32,450 nucleotides of DNA, taken from the NCBI GenBank assembly GCA_021784515.1, contig JAJXSP010000003.1, positions 1-32,450 on the forward strand. Direction: 5' to 3'. Shown here piece by piece: positions 9,253 through 16,668 of this stretch. The first letter of the stretch is position 1. Every line of letters begins with the position of its first letter. The stretch is from Myxococcales bacterium. GTDB taxonomy: Bacteria > Myxococcota_A > Polyangia > Palsa-1104 > SHYY01. The notes below the pieces were generated by a model. That model saw only the letters and a list, made by a program, of their open reading frames with translations. It was not told the DNA's origin and searched no databases. Made by a program: the position numbers and the translations under genes.

Positions 9253-11958
9253 CTACTGGGGCTCGCGCGGGTAGATCGCCTTGTACGGATTGGCGACGTT
9301 GTGCACGTTCGCGACGCTGAACTGGGCGTCGGTGCCGTGGCACACCTCGCAGCTCTCGATCGGGCCGTTCGGCCCCTGCCAGGTATTGATCTGGACATGG
9401 GCCCAGTGCGCCTCCTCGTCGTGGCAGGCGAGGCAGACGCGACCCACGGCCGCCGGGCCGCCGAACGGATCGTTCCACGCGGTGTTCACGCAGGTCTTGT
9501 TCGGGCCGCAGCTCTGGCCATAGCCGCACGGCGGGTTGTTGCCACCGCAGGCCGCGCCGCTGTCGGCGTGGCACTTGGTGCAGTTGCGCACGTCGGTCGG
9601 GAAGTTGTTGGTCGACCAGTCGTCGCCGTTGATCTCGAGCTTGCCCGAGAGCGGGATGTTGCCGAGCTGCTGGTACCCGCCGAGCTGCCGCGCGTAGTGG
9701 ATCTGGTGGATCATGACGCGGAAGTCGACCAGCTGGTTCGGCGTCGGGTCCGCGACGTAGACGCACACCTTGTTCTGGCAGGCCGCGTACTTCTGGGGAC
9801 CGGCCGCGCCACCATCGCAGTCCGCGTCGACGGTGCACGCGCCGGCGCCCTCGATGGCCGCCCCGATCACGCCCTGGTCCTCCGCCATGAAGCCGTGGCA
9901 GACGGGGCACTGCGCGACCGCCTGGCCATCGGCGAACTGACGGGTGTACCCGTGGTGCTCCATGGTGCGGTGGCAGCCGTTGCACGCGCTCGGCATGATC
10001 ACCTGCCGCGGCTGCACGGGCGCGTCGCTCCCGTCGGAGCTGAAGCGGACCGTGGCGATGAAGTTCGAGGCGTCGCGCCAGCTCACGTTGGCCACGTTCG
10101 GCGGAGGGAGCCGCAGCGTCTCGAACGCCCAAAGGTGGACGGTGTAGCTGCCCGACGGGTTGGGCTGCCGGGTGAACTTGCCCGCCGGGCTATCCAGCGG
10201 CACCTGGCCGTTGACCGGCCAGCCCGGGTTCGCCTCGCCCGGCGCGACCGGGAAGGTGAAGGTGTAGGTCTTGGAGTTGGCGTCGTAGGTGAGGCAGGGG
10301 ACCGTGGTGTTGTTCGGACCGGGGCAGGTGGCGCTCATGACGTTGATCGCGCCGCCGCCGCTCTGGAACACCGGGAACGGCTGCTCCGTCGGGCCCGCGA
10401 TCGCCGCGCTGATTCCCCAATTGCCGTGATTCGGGTCATTCGCGTCGAGCACGTTCACCGCGCCCGCCTTGTTCGACAGCTGGAACTTCACCACCGGGAC
10501 GTCGCCCGCCTTGAAGCTGTTGTTGGCGCCGGTGCCGCCCGAGAGCACGACGTTGGACAGCGTCACGCCATCCTTCTGCGAGTAGAAGGGCAGGTCGTGC
10601 TTGACCGGCAGCGGCGAGACGCCGTTGTTGTCCGCGCTGTGGCAGGCCGAGCACTTCGTGTCGTCCGTCTCGACGGGGTGGGTCTTTCGCACGCAGGTGC
10701 CGGTCGGCACGTCGCAGGTGGCGTACGTGCTGAATCCCAGGCAGTCGTTGTTCGACGCGCAGGAAGCCGCGGTGCCGTTCTTGTACATCGCGCCCGTGTA
10801 GGGCTTCCCGTAGTTGCGCGGCGGGTTCATCACGCCGGTGTCGAAGAACACCGCCTCGTGGCAGGTGCCGCAGGCGAGGCGCGACGGGTTCTTGAGGTAC
10901 GCGTCGGTGACGTGGCAGCGCGTGCAGTCCTTCTCGTTGTTCGGCAGCCCAGGGAACTTCACGTCGGTGAAGGAGGCCAGCGACGTGTCGGTGCCGAGGC
11001 CGTACTCGGGGTGCGCCACGCCCGGATTGACCTGGTGAATGCCGCGGTGGACGGCGTGCACCTTGCGGATGATCGGGTTCGGGCTGTAGCCGTCGACGTT
11101 GTGGCAGAACTTGCAGTTGAGGACGGGCGTCTCGTCGATCGCGTAGTTGCCGTACGGGTTGCTCGCGCTCCCCTCGCTGTGCATCTCGTTCGACTTGCCC
11201 GACATCGTGCCGAGGTGACACGCAAAGCAGGACGAGGTCTGGGCGTCGCCGGTCGTGTAGGCCTCCGGCGTCGCCGTCCCGATCTGGACGTCGGCGGAGA
11301 GGAAGACCTGATCGGAGCCGTCCTTGCTCTTCACCCAGACGCCGACCTCGTAGGTGCCGGCAGCCTCGTCGCTGACCGGCGCGGTGACGAACTGGAGGCC
11401 CGTCGCCGTCGTCGTGAGGTTGGTCTGCTTGGCGTCGAGGAACTTCGGCGCGATGAGGTTCACGTAGTGGTGCTGATGGTCCATCGCCGCGCGATCGACG
11501 ATGCAGTTGAGCAGCTTCGACGCGCTCTTGGTCTGCGTGGGAGCGCGCGGACCCGCCATGTAGAGGTTGAGGGTGCCGTAGGCCGAGGCCGGAACGATCC
11601 GCCCGCAGTGGTCGACCATGTCGATATTGATCGTGATCTGGTCGCCCGCCGCGAAGAACATGTTCTTCGCCGGCGGCTGGACGGTCAGCTTCACGCCGAG
11701 GCCGGGATCGACGTTCGCGTTGAGCCCGTCACAGCCGGCAGGGCCGGGAGCGCCCGCGTCGCCCTGCGGGCCGGCCGGGCCCGTCTGGCCCGCCGGACCC
11801 TGCTGGCCGGTGGTGCCGTCGTTGCCGTTCTTGCCCTGCGGTCCCGCTTGCCCGGCAGGGCCGGGGGCGCCCGCCTCACCGGTGGTGCCGGCCGGTCCGT
11901 CACAGGCGGACAGCGGCAGCACTGCGACCAAAAACAACGCCAAATTGACTTTCCTCAT
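9253..11958 (-). CDS. OmcA/MtrC-family decaheme c-type cytochrome lipoprotein with collagen-like N-terminus (paralog 1)
   Basis: Lipobox LSAC; 18 Gly-X-Y triplets; 10 CxxCH (CFACH, CKFCH, CTRCH, CGTCH, CSACH, CNGCH, CPVCH, CTKCH, CLACH, CEVCH) as beta domain/5 hemes/beta domain/5 hemes; MtrC-like motifs [29 protein letters not shown]. Confidence 0.88.
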   Translation of the reverse strand: MRKVNLALFLVAVLPLSACDGPAGTTGEAGAPGPAGQAGPQGKNGNDGTTGQQGPAGQTGPAGPQGDAGAPGPAGCDGLNANVDPGLGVKLTVQPPAKNMFFAAGDQITINIDMVDHCGRIVPASAYGTLNLYMAGPRAPTQTKSASKLLNCIVDRAAMDHQHHYVNLIAPKFLDAKQTNLTTTATGLQFVTAPVSDEAAGTYEVGVWVKSKDGSDQVFLSADVQIGTATPEAYTTGDAQTSSCFACHLGTMSGKSNEMHSEGSASNPYGNYAIDETPVLNCKFCHNVDGYSPNPIIRKVHAVHRGIHQVNPGVAHPEYGLGTDTSLASFTDVKFPGLPNNEKDCTRCHVTDAYLKNPSRLACGTCHEAVFFDTGVMNPPRNYGKPYTGAMYKNGTAASCASNNDCLGFSTYATCDVPTGTCVRKTHPVETDDTKCSACHSADNNGVSPLPVKHDLPFYSQKDGVTLSNVVLSGGTGANNSFKAGDVPVVKFQLSNKAGAVNVLDANDPNHGNWGISAAIAGPTEQPFPVFQSGGGAINVMSATCPGPNNTTVPCLTYDANSKTYTFTFPVAPGEANPGWPVNGQVPLDSPAGKFTRQPNPSGSYTVHLWAFETLRLPPPNVANVSWRDASNFIATVRFSSDGSDAPVQPRQVIMPSACNGCHRTMEHHGYTRQFADGQAVAQCPVCHGFMAEDQGVIGAAIEGAGACTVDADCDGGAAGPQKYAACQNKVCVYVADPTPNQLVDFRVMIHQIHYARQLGGYQQLGNIPLSGKLEINGDDWSTNNFPTDVRNCTKCHADSGAACGGNNPPCGYGQSCGPNKTCVNTAWNDPFGGPAAVGRVCLACHDEEAHWAHVQINTWQGPNGPIESCEVCHGTDAQFSVANVHNVANPYKAIYPREPQ

Positions 11959-12482
11959 GGACAGACCCCTTTCCTAATGAACTCTCCGACCAGAATGCAC
12001 GGATTGTTGCCGTTCTCTGACAAGGTTCCTCGCCGCACTGGTTCTGCTGACGGACGGTCTTCTATCACCGCCGATAACTCGGAGTCCAGAATTTCCGGTA
12101 ACTGAACCGTCATCGGGTCGAACTCCTGTCGTTCCCGGCGCTCGTGCGTGCGCAGCGCGGCGCCCAGTTCGAGGAGATTGCCCACGGCCCCGCGGCGATT
12201 CCCCTGCACCAGCTCCCGCTCCACGTCGGCGAGCAGCGACCGGAGCGCCCAGTGCTCCCGTCGCAGCGAGGCGATCAGCCGCGAGCAGTCCGCCCTCCCC
12301 ATCGCCTCGAGCGCAGCAAATACCACATCCTCCTCCGCACGCAGCTGAGCGCGCAATCGTTTCGCGAATTCATTGAAGGAGGGGCTCCAACGGTCCACGC
12401 GCCGCAACTCGCGGACTGCCGCCTCAATCAACATGACCATTGTCAAGAAACCCTTTGCAAGGCACCTCGCCGTGCTGGACAT
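11955..12482 (-). CDS. Degenerate hemerythrin-like (HHE) domain protein
   Basis: C-terminal part of ORF 11955..13226. GGAAGGAG precedes ATG 12482; pattern [13 protein letters not shown]...LRREH..L...THERRE; stop overlaps the downstream ATG (ATGA). Codon usage is atypical and the first His ligands are missing. Confidence 0.5.
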   Translation of the reverse strand: MSSTARCLAKGFLTMVMLIEAAVRELRRVDRWSPSFNEFAKRLRAQLRAEEDVVFAALEAMGRADCSRLIASLRREHWALRSLLADVERELVQGNRRGAVGNLLELGAALRTHERRERQEFDPMTVQLPEILDSELSAVIEDRPSAEPVRRGTLSENGNNPCILVGEFIRKGVCP

Positions 12483-12517
12483 GCCGCCTCGCTCCTTCCA
12501 ACCGGACCGCCGCCCCA

Positions 12518-13573
12518 TCAAGGGTGGCAGACCAGACACATCCCGTTCCGCCCGATCTCCGTGCGCGGGTGGCGATCGGTGTATCCCGCGGGGTGGGGGT
12601 TGCCGCCGATGCCGCCGACCTTGTGGCAGGTGACGCAGACCGAGTTGGGCCCCTGGTCGTGGCACGCCGCGCACTCGGAGATGTCGCGCCGGGCGACCGG
12701 ACCGTGGAACTCGGGCGACGCCGGGAACGCCCAGCCCTGCGGGTGCGGCGTTCGCGGACTGCCGGCCTGCGGCGTCAGGTTCTGCGCGCGGTGGCAGTTC
12801 TCGCAGAAGCTGGTGCCGTGGCAGCGCGCGCAGCGGGTCGGGTCGGCCCGCACCTCGATCGCGTGCCGGTCGACGAAGTCGCCGCGGTGGATGAAGTCGG
12901 AGTCGACCTTCTCGCTGTACTTGAGCTCGATCCGCATCGAGACGGTCTTGGCGTGGCAGTCGGCGCAGAACGTCTGCTCGTGGCAGTTCGCGCAGGTCGC
13001 CGACGAGGAGCGCGCGTCGCGCGGGTGCTGCTCGACCCAGTTCCCGGAGTGCGAGAACTCGGCAACCGGCTTCAGCGGGAAGCGCGCCATGCTCACGTGG
13101 CAGCGCGTGCAATTGCCGGCGCGAAAATCCTCCTCGTGATTGTGGCAGCCCCTGCATGCAGCCATCTTCGGAGCATAATCGCGGTGCCGGCTCGGGTCGG
13201 GAAGCACCTTGTGGCAGACGGTGCAATCCTGCTTCACGCGCTCGATGTGCGGCTTGTGCGCGAATCGGATGTCACGCTCCCGAACCGGATACGCGCGCGC
13301 CCGTTTCACGTCGGTATGGCACTTGACGCAATTGCCGTTGTCCTTCTCGTCCTGGTGGCACTCCATGCACTTCGACTCGGGGGGACGGAAGTTGCCCTCG
13401 ATCGTCGTGGCGTCGTAGATCTCCTCGTGGCACATCCCGCAATCGACGCCATTGCCGAGGTGCTTGTCGTGCGGCACCCGGATCAGATCACCCGAGAAAT
13501 TGTCCGTCACGGTCAGGGCGGCGCACGACGTGACGAGCGCGGCCGCGCCGATGAGAACGGTCCGGCGAATCAC
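12518..13573 (-). CDS. 13-heme c-type cytochrome lipoprotein (c3/c7-like N-half, paired-CxxCH C-half)
   Basis: GTG start overlapping the porin stop (GTGA); lipobox LVTSC; 13 CxxCH counted (CGMCH, CMECH, CVKCH, CTVCH, CRGCH, CTRCH, CANCH, CADCH, CARCH, CENCH, CAACH, CVTCH, CLVCH). Confidence 0.92.
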   Translation of the reverse strand: MIRRTVLIGAAALVTSCAALTVTDNFSGDLIRVPHDKHLGNGVDCGMCHEEIYDATTIEGNFRPPESKCMECHQDEKDNGNCVKCHTDVKRARAYPVRERDIRFAHKPHIERVKQDCTVCHKVLPDPSRHRDYAPKMAACRGCHNHEEDFRAGNCTRCHVSMARFPLKPVAEFSHSGNWVEQHPRDARSSSATCANCHEQTFCADCHAKTVSMRIELKYSEKVDSDFIHRGDFVDRHAIEVRADPTRCARCHGTSFCENCHRAQNLTPQAGSPRTPHPQGWAFPASPEFHGPVARRDISECAACHDQGPNSVCVTCHKVGGIGGNPHPAGYTDRHPRTEIGRNGMCLVCHP

Positions 13574-14898
13574 TGCTTCACCTCGCTGCCCGGCTTTCCG
13601 TCCGGCGTCGCGGCCGATTTCACTTCGTGAAAGCGGGTGCTGTAGTTGTAGACGAGCTTCGCCATCGCCTCGAGTCGCCCATTGACGAAGGGATCGACGT
13701 CGCCCATGGCGGTCAGCACGGCGTGCCAGCCCGGAGAGAAATCCCAGCCGACGGTGGCGGTGGCGGTGAGCGACCAGTCCTGACCATTGAGGGCCCGCTC
13801 GAGCAACAACCCGTCGACGTCGAGGGTCACGCTGATCTTGTCGCCCAGCCGCTGGATCCCATAGACACGCCCCTCGAGATAGCCCTTGTCCGGCAGGTGC
13901 ACCACGCGCGTCTCGGCGCCCACCGTCCCCTGATTGCCGGTGCCGATGCTCGCCTTCACGCCCCCCTGGTGGCCGGTGCCCGAGTCGTCGAGCACCAGGT
14001 GGTAATCGCCGTACAGCCGCACTCGCGGCCGCGGCGTCACGGAGAACCACACGCCCGCTTCGTCGCGCGTCTCCTGCGCGAACACCGAGAGGATCGAGTT
14101 CCGCGGAAGGAACAGATCCGGCGCCACGCGGCGGAACTCGGCGGTGATGTCGAAGATTCGCCAGGGCTGCGCGGTGATCGCCGCCGTCCCCTCGGCGGTC
14201 CGCATTTCATAGAGGCTATAAAGCCAGTAGCCGGTGAAGGTGAGCTGTCGAATCGGCGACCAGCGCGCGTCCAGCGCCGCGTCCTCGCGGGCGGCCACGC
14301 CCTGGCCAAGCACGTAGATGGCCGAGGCGCCGGCTTCGGTCGTGACCGACTGCCGATAGAACAGGCGCCCGCCGGCGAGCGCGTCGCCGCGGCTGGTGGA
14401 AAAGCGCGGCGTGACCGGCACGCCGCCATAAGCCTGCAGCCCGAGCCCGCGATACAGCTTCACCTCGGCGTCCAACCCGTCCATCTGGGTCATTCGCGCC
14501 GCGCCGCCGGTGATGAACTGGCGCCCGATTCGTACCGTGATGCGCCGGTGCGCGAGCTTGCCCTCGATGTAGCCGAGGTCGAGATCCCCGCTGACGCAGG
14601 CGTTGTCGCCGAGCGAGGCGTTGGCGAACTTGCAGTTGTCCTGGTTGTCCCCGGGCGTCCCGAATGCCGCCATTCCCCAGCCCGAGAGCTGGATCCGCAA
14701 ATCGTCCACGTAGGGCACCTGGAGGTCCGAGGCGAGCAGCGACACCATCTCGTACGCCGGGACGACCGTATAGGTCCGCCCGTCGCGCTCGTCGGCGTGG
14801 CCGGCGAGCAACGTGGTCGAGGTGGCGTCGATCGTGTCGGCGCCCGCCGGTGCGGCGGCGGCGACGAGCAAAAGCGCGAGGCCGCTACGGCGCGACAT
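13570..14898 (-). CDS. Predicted outer-membrane beta-barrel (porin of a porin-cytochrome module)
   Basis: Sec signal MSRRSGLALLLVAAAAPAGA-D; amphipathic strand pattern with aromatic girdle residues throughout (VRIGRQF, MDGLDAEV, LTFTGYWLYSL, WSLTATATVGWDF, LEAMAKLVYNY); no heme motifs; overlaps both flanking multiheme genes. Confidence 0.75.
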   Translation of the reverse strand: MSRRSGLALLLVAAAAPAGADTIDATSTTLLAGHADERDGRTYTVVPAYEMVSLLASDLQVPYVDDLRIQLSGWGMAAFGTPGDNQDNCKFANASLGDNACVSGDLDLGYIEGKLAHRRITVRIGRQFITGGAARMTQMDGLDAEVKLYRGLGLQAYGGVPVTPRFSTSRGDALAGGRLFYRQSVTTEAGASAIYVLGQGVAAREDAALDARWSPIRQLTFTGYWLYSLYEMRTAEGTAAITAQPWRIFDITAEFRRVAPDLFLPRNSILSVFAQETRDEAGVWFSVTPRPRVRLYGDYHLVLDDSGTGHQGGVKASIGTGNQGTVGAETRVVHLPDKGYLEGRVYGIQRLGDKISVTLDVDGLLLERALNGQDWSLTATATVGWDFSPGWHAVLTAMGDVDPFVNGRLEAMAKLVYNYSTRFHEVKSAATPDGKPGSEVKQ

Positions 14899-16651
14899 CG
14901 ATTGTCCCATTGATGTGCGTGCTGCTCTCCATCCCCGCGGCGCCGGTAATCAGGATGTCGCCGTGCGAGTCGATGGTCTGGGGATGGCAATCCGCGCAAT
15001 GCTGCAAGCCGGATTGGAATGCGATCGCCTTCCACTTCGCGCCGGGCGCGTGGGCGGCATTCTGCGGCGGAATCCCGTGGCAGGCGCCGCACTCGGCCTG
15101 CGGGCCCCCGCCGGTCCACAGCGGGGAGTGATTCAGCGTCGACGTCTGATCGGTGCCGATCTTCGCGCCGCCGCCGTGGCAATAGACGCGCGAGCAGGTC
15201 CCCGCGTCGTGGTCGAAGGCGGGCTGCGCGCCGTCCTTGAATGCGAGGCTCGTCGACGCGATCGCCGCCGGGAAGAGCTGCGCCGGCAGGTCGTGATCGA
15301 TGTGGCCGGGGTCGGTGACCCTGGTCGGCACGGCGTGGCAGTCGCCGCACGCCACCGGGCCGCGCAGCCGGTGCGCGCCGAGGTGGGCGTCGTGCGCGCC
15401 GACGGAGATCAGGCCGGGATCGGTGCGACCCTGGAGATCGCGCGGCGGCGAAGGGTGATTGGGGCTGCCGTGGCAGGCCCAGCAGGTGCCCGACTCGTCG
15501 CCGAGCGAAATCTTCCCATCCACGTGCCGGGAGAGATCGACCAGCGTCGGCACCGTCGCCCCGGGCGTGGGCGGCGCGGCGACCTTCGGATGGCACGTCC
15601 AGCAGGTGGTCAATTTGTGGTTCGACGGCGGCAGCCCGTGACACGATCCGCAGGTCGCCTCGCCCGAGCCGCCATTCCATCGGGGCGAGTCGTTCTTCGC
15701 GTTTTCGTCCCCGAAGGCGCCGCCGTGGCAATAGACGAACGAGCATTTCCGCGCCGTTTGATCCCAGCCCGGCGGCCCCTGTCGCGGCACGCTCGAGAAG
15801 CTCTGCCCGGCGAACGCGCCGAAGGGCACGATATCGACACCGGCGGGCGGCCCGGCGACGCCGCCGTCGGCGTCATAGGCGGGAATCACGCCGCCGTCCG
15901 CGTCGAAGACATGGCCCACGTCCGTCCAGGCCATCGGCTTCACGTGGCACTCGCCGCAATCGAACGGGCGCGCGAACGCCCCGCCCTTCACGTGCGTCTG
16001 GTGCGCTCCGGTCGCCGGCGGCTGGCCGTGGCAGGTCTCGCAGTCGGTCGGACCCTTGTCGTGGCACTGGAAGCACGACCCCTTCGCCGCGCCGCCTTTG
16101 AAATCGTCGCCATGGCACTTCTGGCAGAGACCGAGGTCGTAGCTCAGCGTCGGAACCGCCCGCGCGTGAAAGTCGACGGAGTCGGGATTGGCCCAGCCGG
16201 CCGGATGGACCGGAGTGGGCGCGATGGCGAGCTGGCAGTCGACCACCCATTTCTGGACGGCGGCGAACAGGGCCGGATCCGTCGCCGCCTGGTGCGTCGG
16301 ATCAGCCGTCTGCGGGTCGATCGTCTGGAGCAGCAGCGACGAGGGATCGCCCGCTACCGCGACCACCTTGCCGCTCGCCTCCTTCAATGTCGTGAGGTAG
16401 CGACTCACGTCGTAGCCGGCGGCCGGGCTCGCGCCGCCGTGGCAGCCGCTGCAGCGACGGAGCAGCTCCGGCCCGACGGCGGCGATCGGCACGCCCGCGT
16501 CGGCGCCGGCGGCCACCACGTCCTCGCCGAGCGCCTTCCAGGTCACGCGGCACACGCGCGTCCCGAACTCGTCGGGCCGCTCGCTCGCGCAGCCTCCCTG
16601 CAGGCTCGCCAGGAGCGCGGTCATGGCAAGGCACCTCGTGGGCGAGGTCAT
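14885..16651 (-). CDS. Multiheme cytochrome lipoprotein with CxxxxCH/CxxCH domains (13 motifs)
   Basis: Start moved to MTSPTRCLAMTALLASLQGGC (GGAG upstream). 11 CxxCH plus 2 CX4CH (CSFVYCH, CSRVYCH), each followed by W...CG.CHG.PP, the Geobacter-type CxxxxCH...CxxCH repeat. Confidence 0.88.
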   Translation of the reverse strand: MTSPTRCLAMTALLASLQGGCASERPDEFGTRVCRVTWKALGEDVVAAGADAGVPIAAVGPELLRRCSGCHGGASPAAGYDVSRYLTTLKEASGKVVAVAGDPSSLLLQTIDPQTADPTHQAATDPALFAAVQKWVVDCQLAIAPTPVHPAGWANPDSVDFHARAVPTLSYDLGLCQKCHGDDFKGGAAKGSCFQCHDKGPTDCETCHGQPPATGAHQTHVKGGAFARPFDCGECHVKPMAWTDVGHVFDADGGVIPAYDADGGVAGPPAGVDIVPFGAFAGQSFSSVPRQGPPGWDQTARKCSFVYCHGGAFGDENAKNDSPRWNGGSGEATCGSCHGLPPSNHKLTTCWTCHPKVAAPPTPGATVPTLVDLSRHVDGKISLGDESGTCWACHGSPNHPSPPRDLQGRTDPGLISVGAHDAHLGAHRLRGPVACGDCHAVPTRVTDPGHIDHDLPAQLFPAAIASTSLAFKDGAQPAFDHDAGTCSRVYCHGGGAKIGTDQTSTLNHSPLWTGGGPQAECGACHGIPPQNAAHAPGAKWKAIAFQSGLQHCADCHPQTIDSHGDILITGAAGMESSTHINGTIDVAP

Positions 16652-16668
16652 CGACGTCGCTCCACCGC

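Noticed and set aside
12455-12475. Possible internal sigma54 promoter (GGCGAGGTGCCTTGCA, minus strand)
   Set aside because: Spacing is GG-N11-GC; sigma54 requires N10.
13570-14898. Naming the barrel mtrB and the 13-heme protein mtrA
   Set aside because: The barrel is much shorter than MtrB with no motif I recognise, and the cytochrome has 13 hemes and a lipobox rather than the MtrA decaheme pattern.
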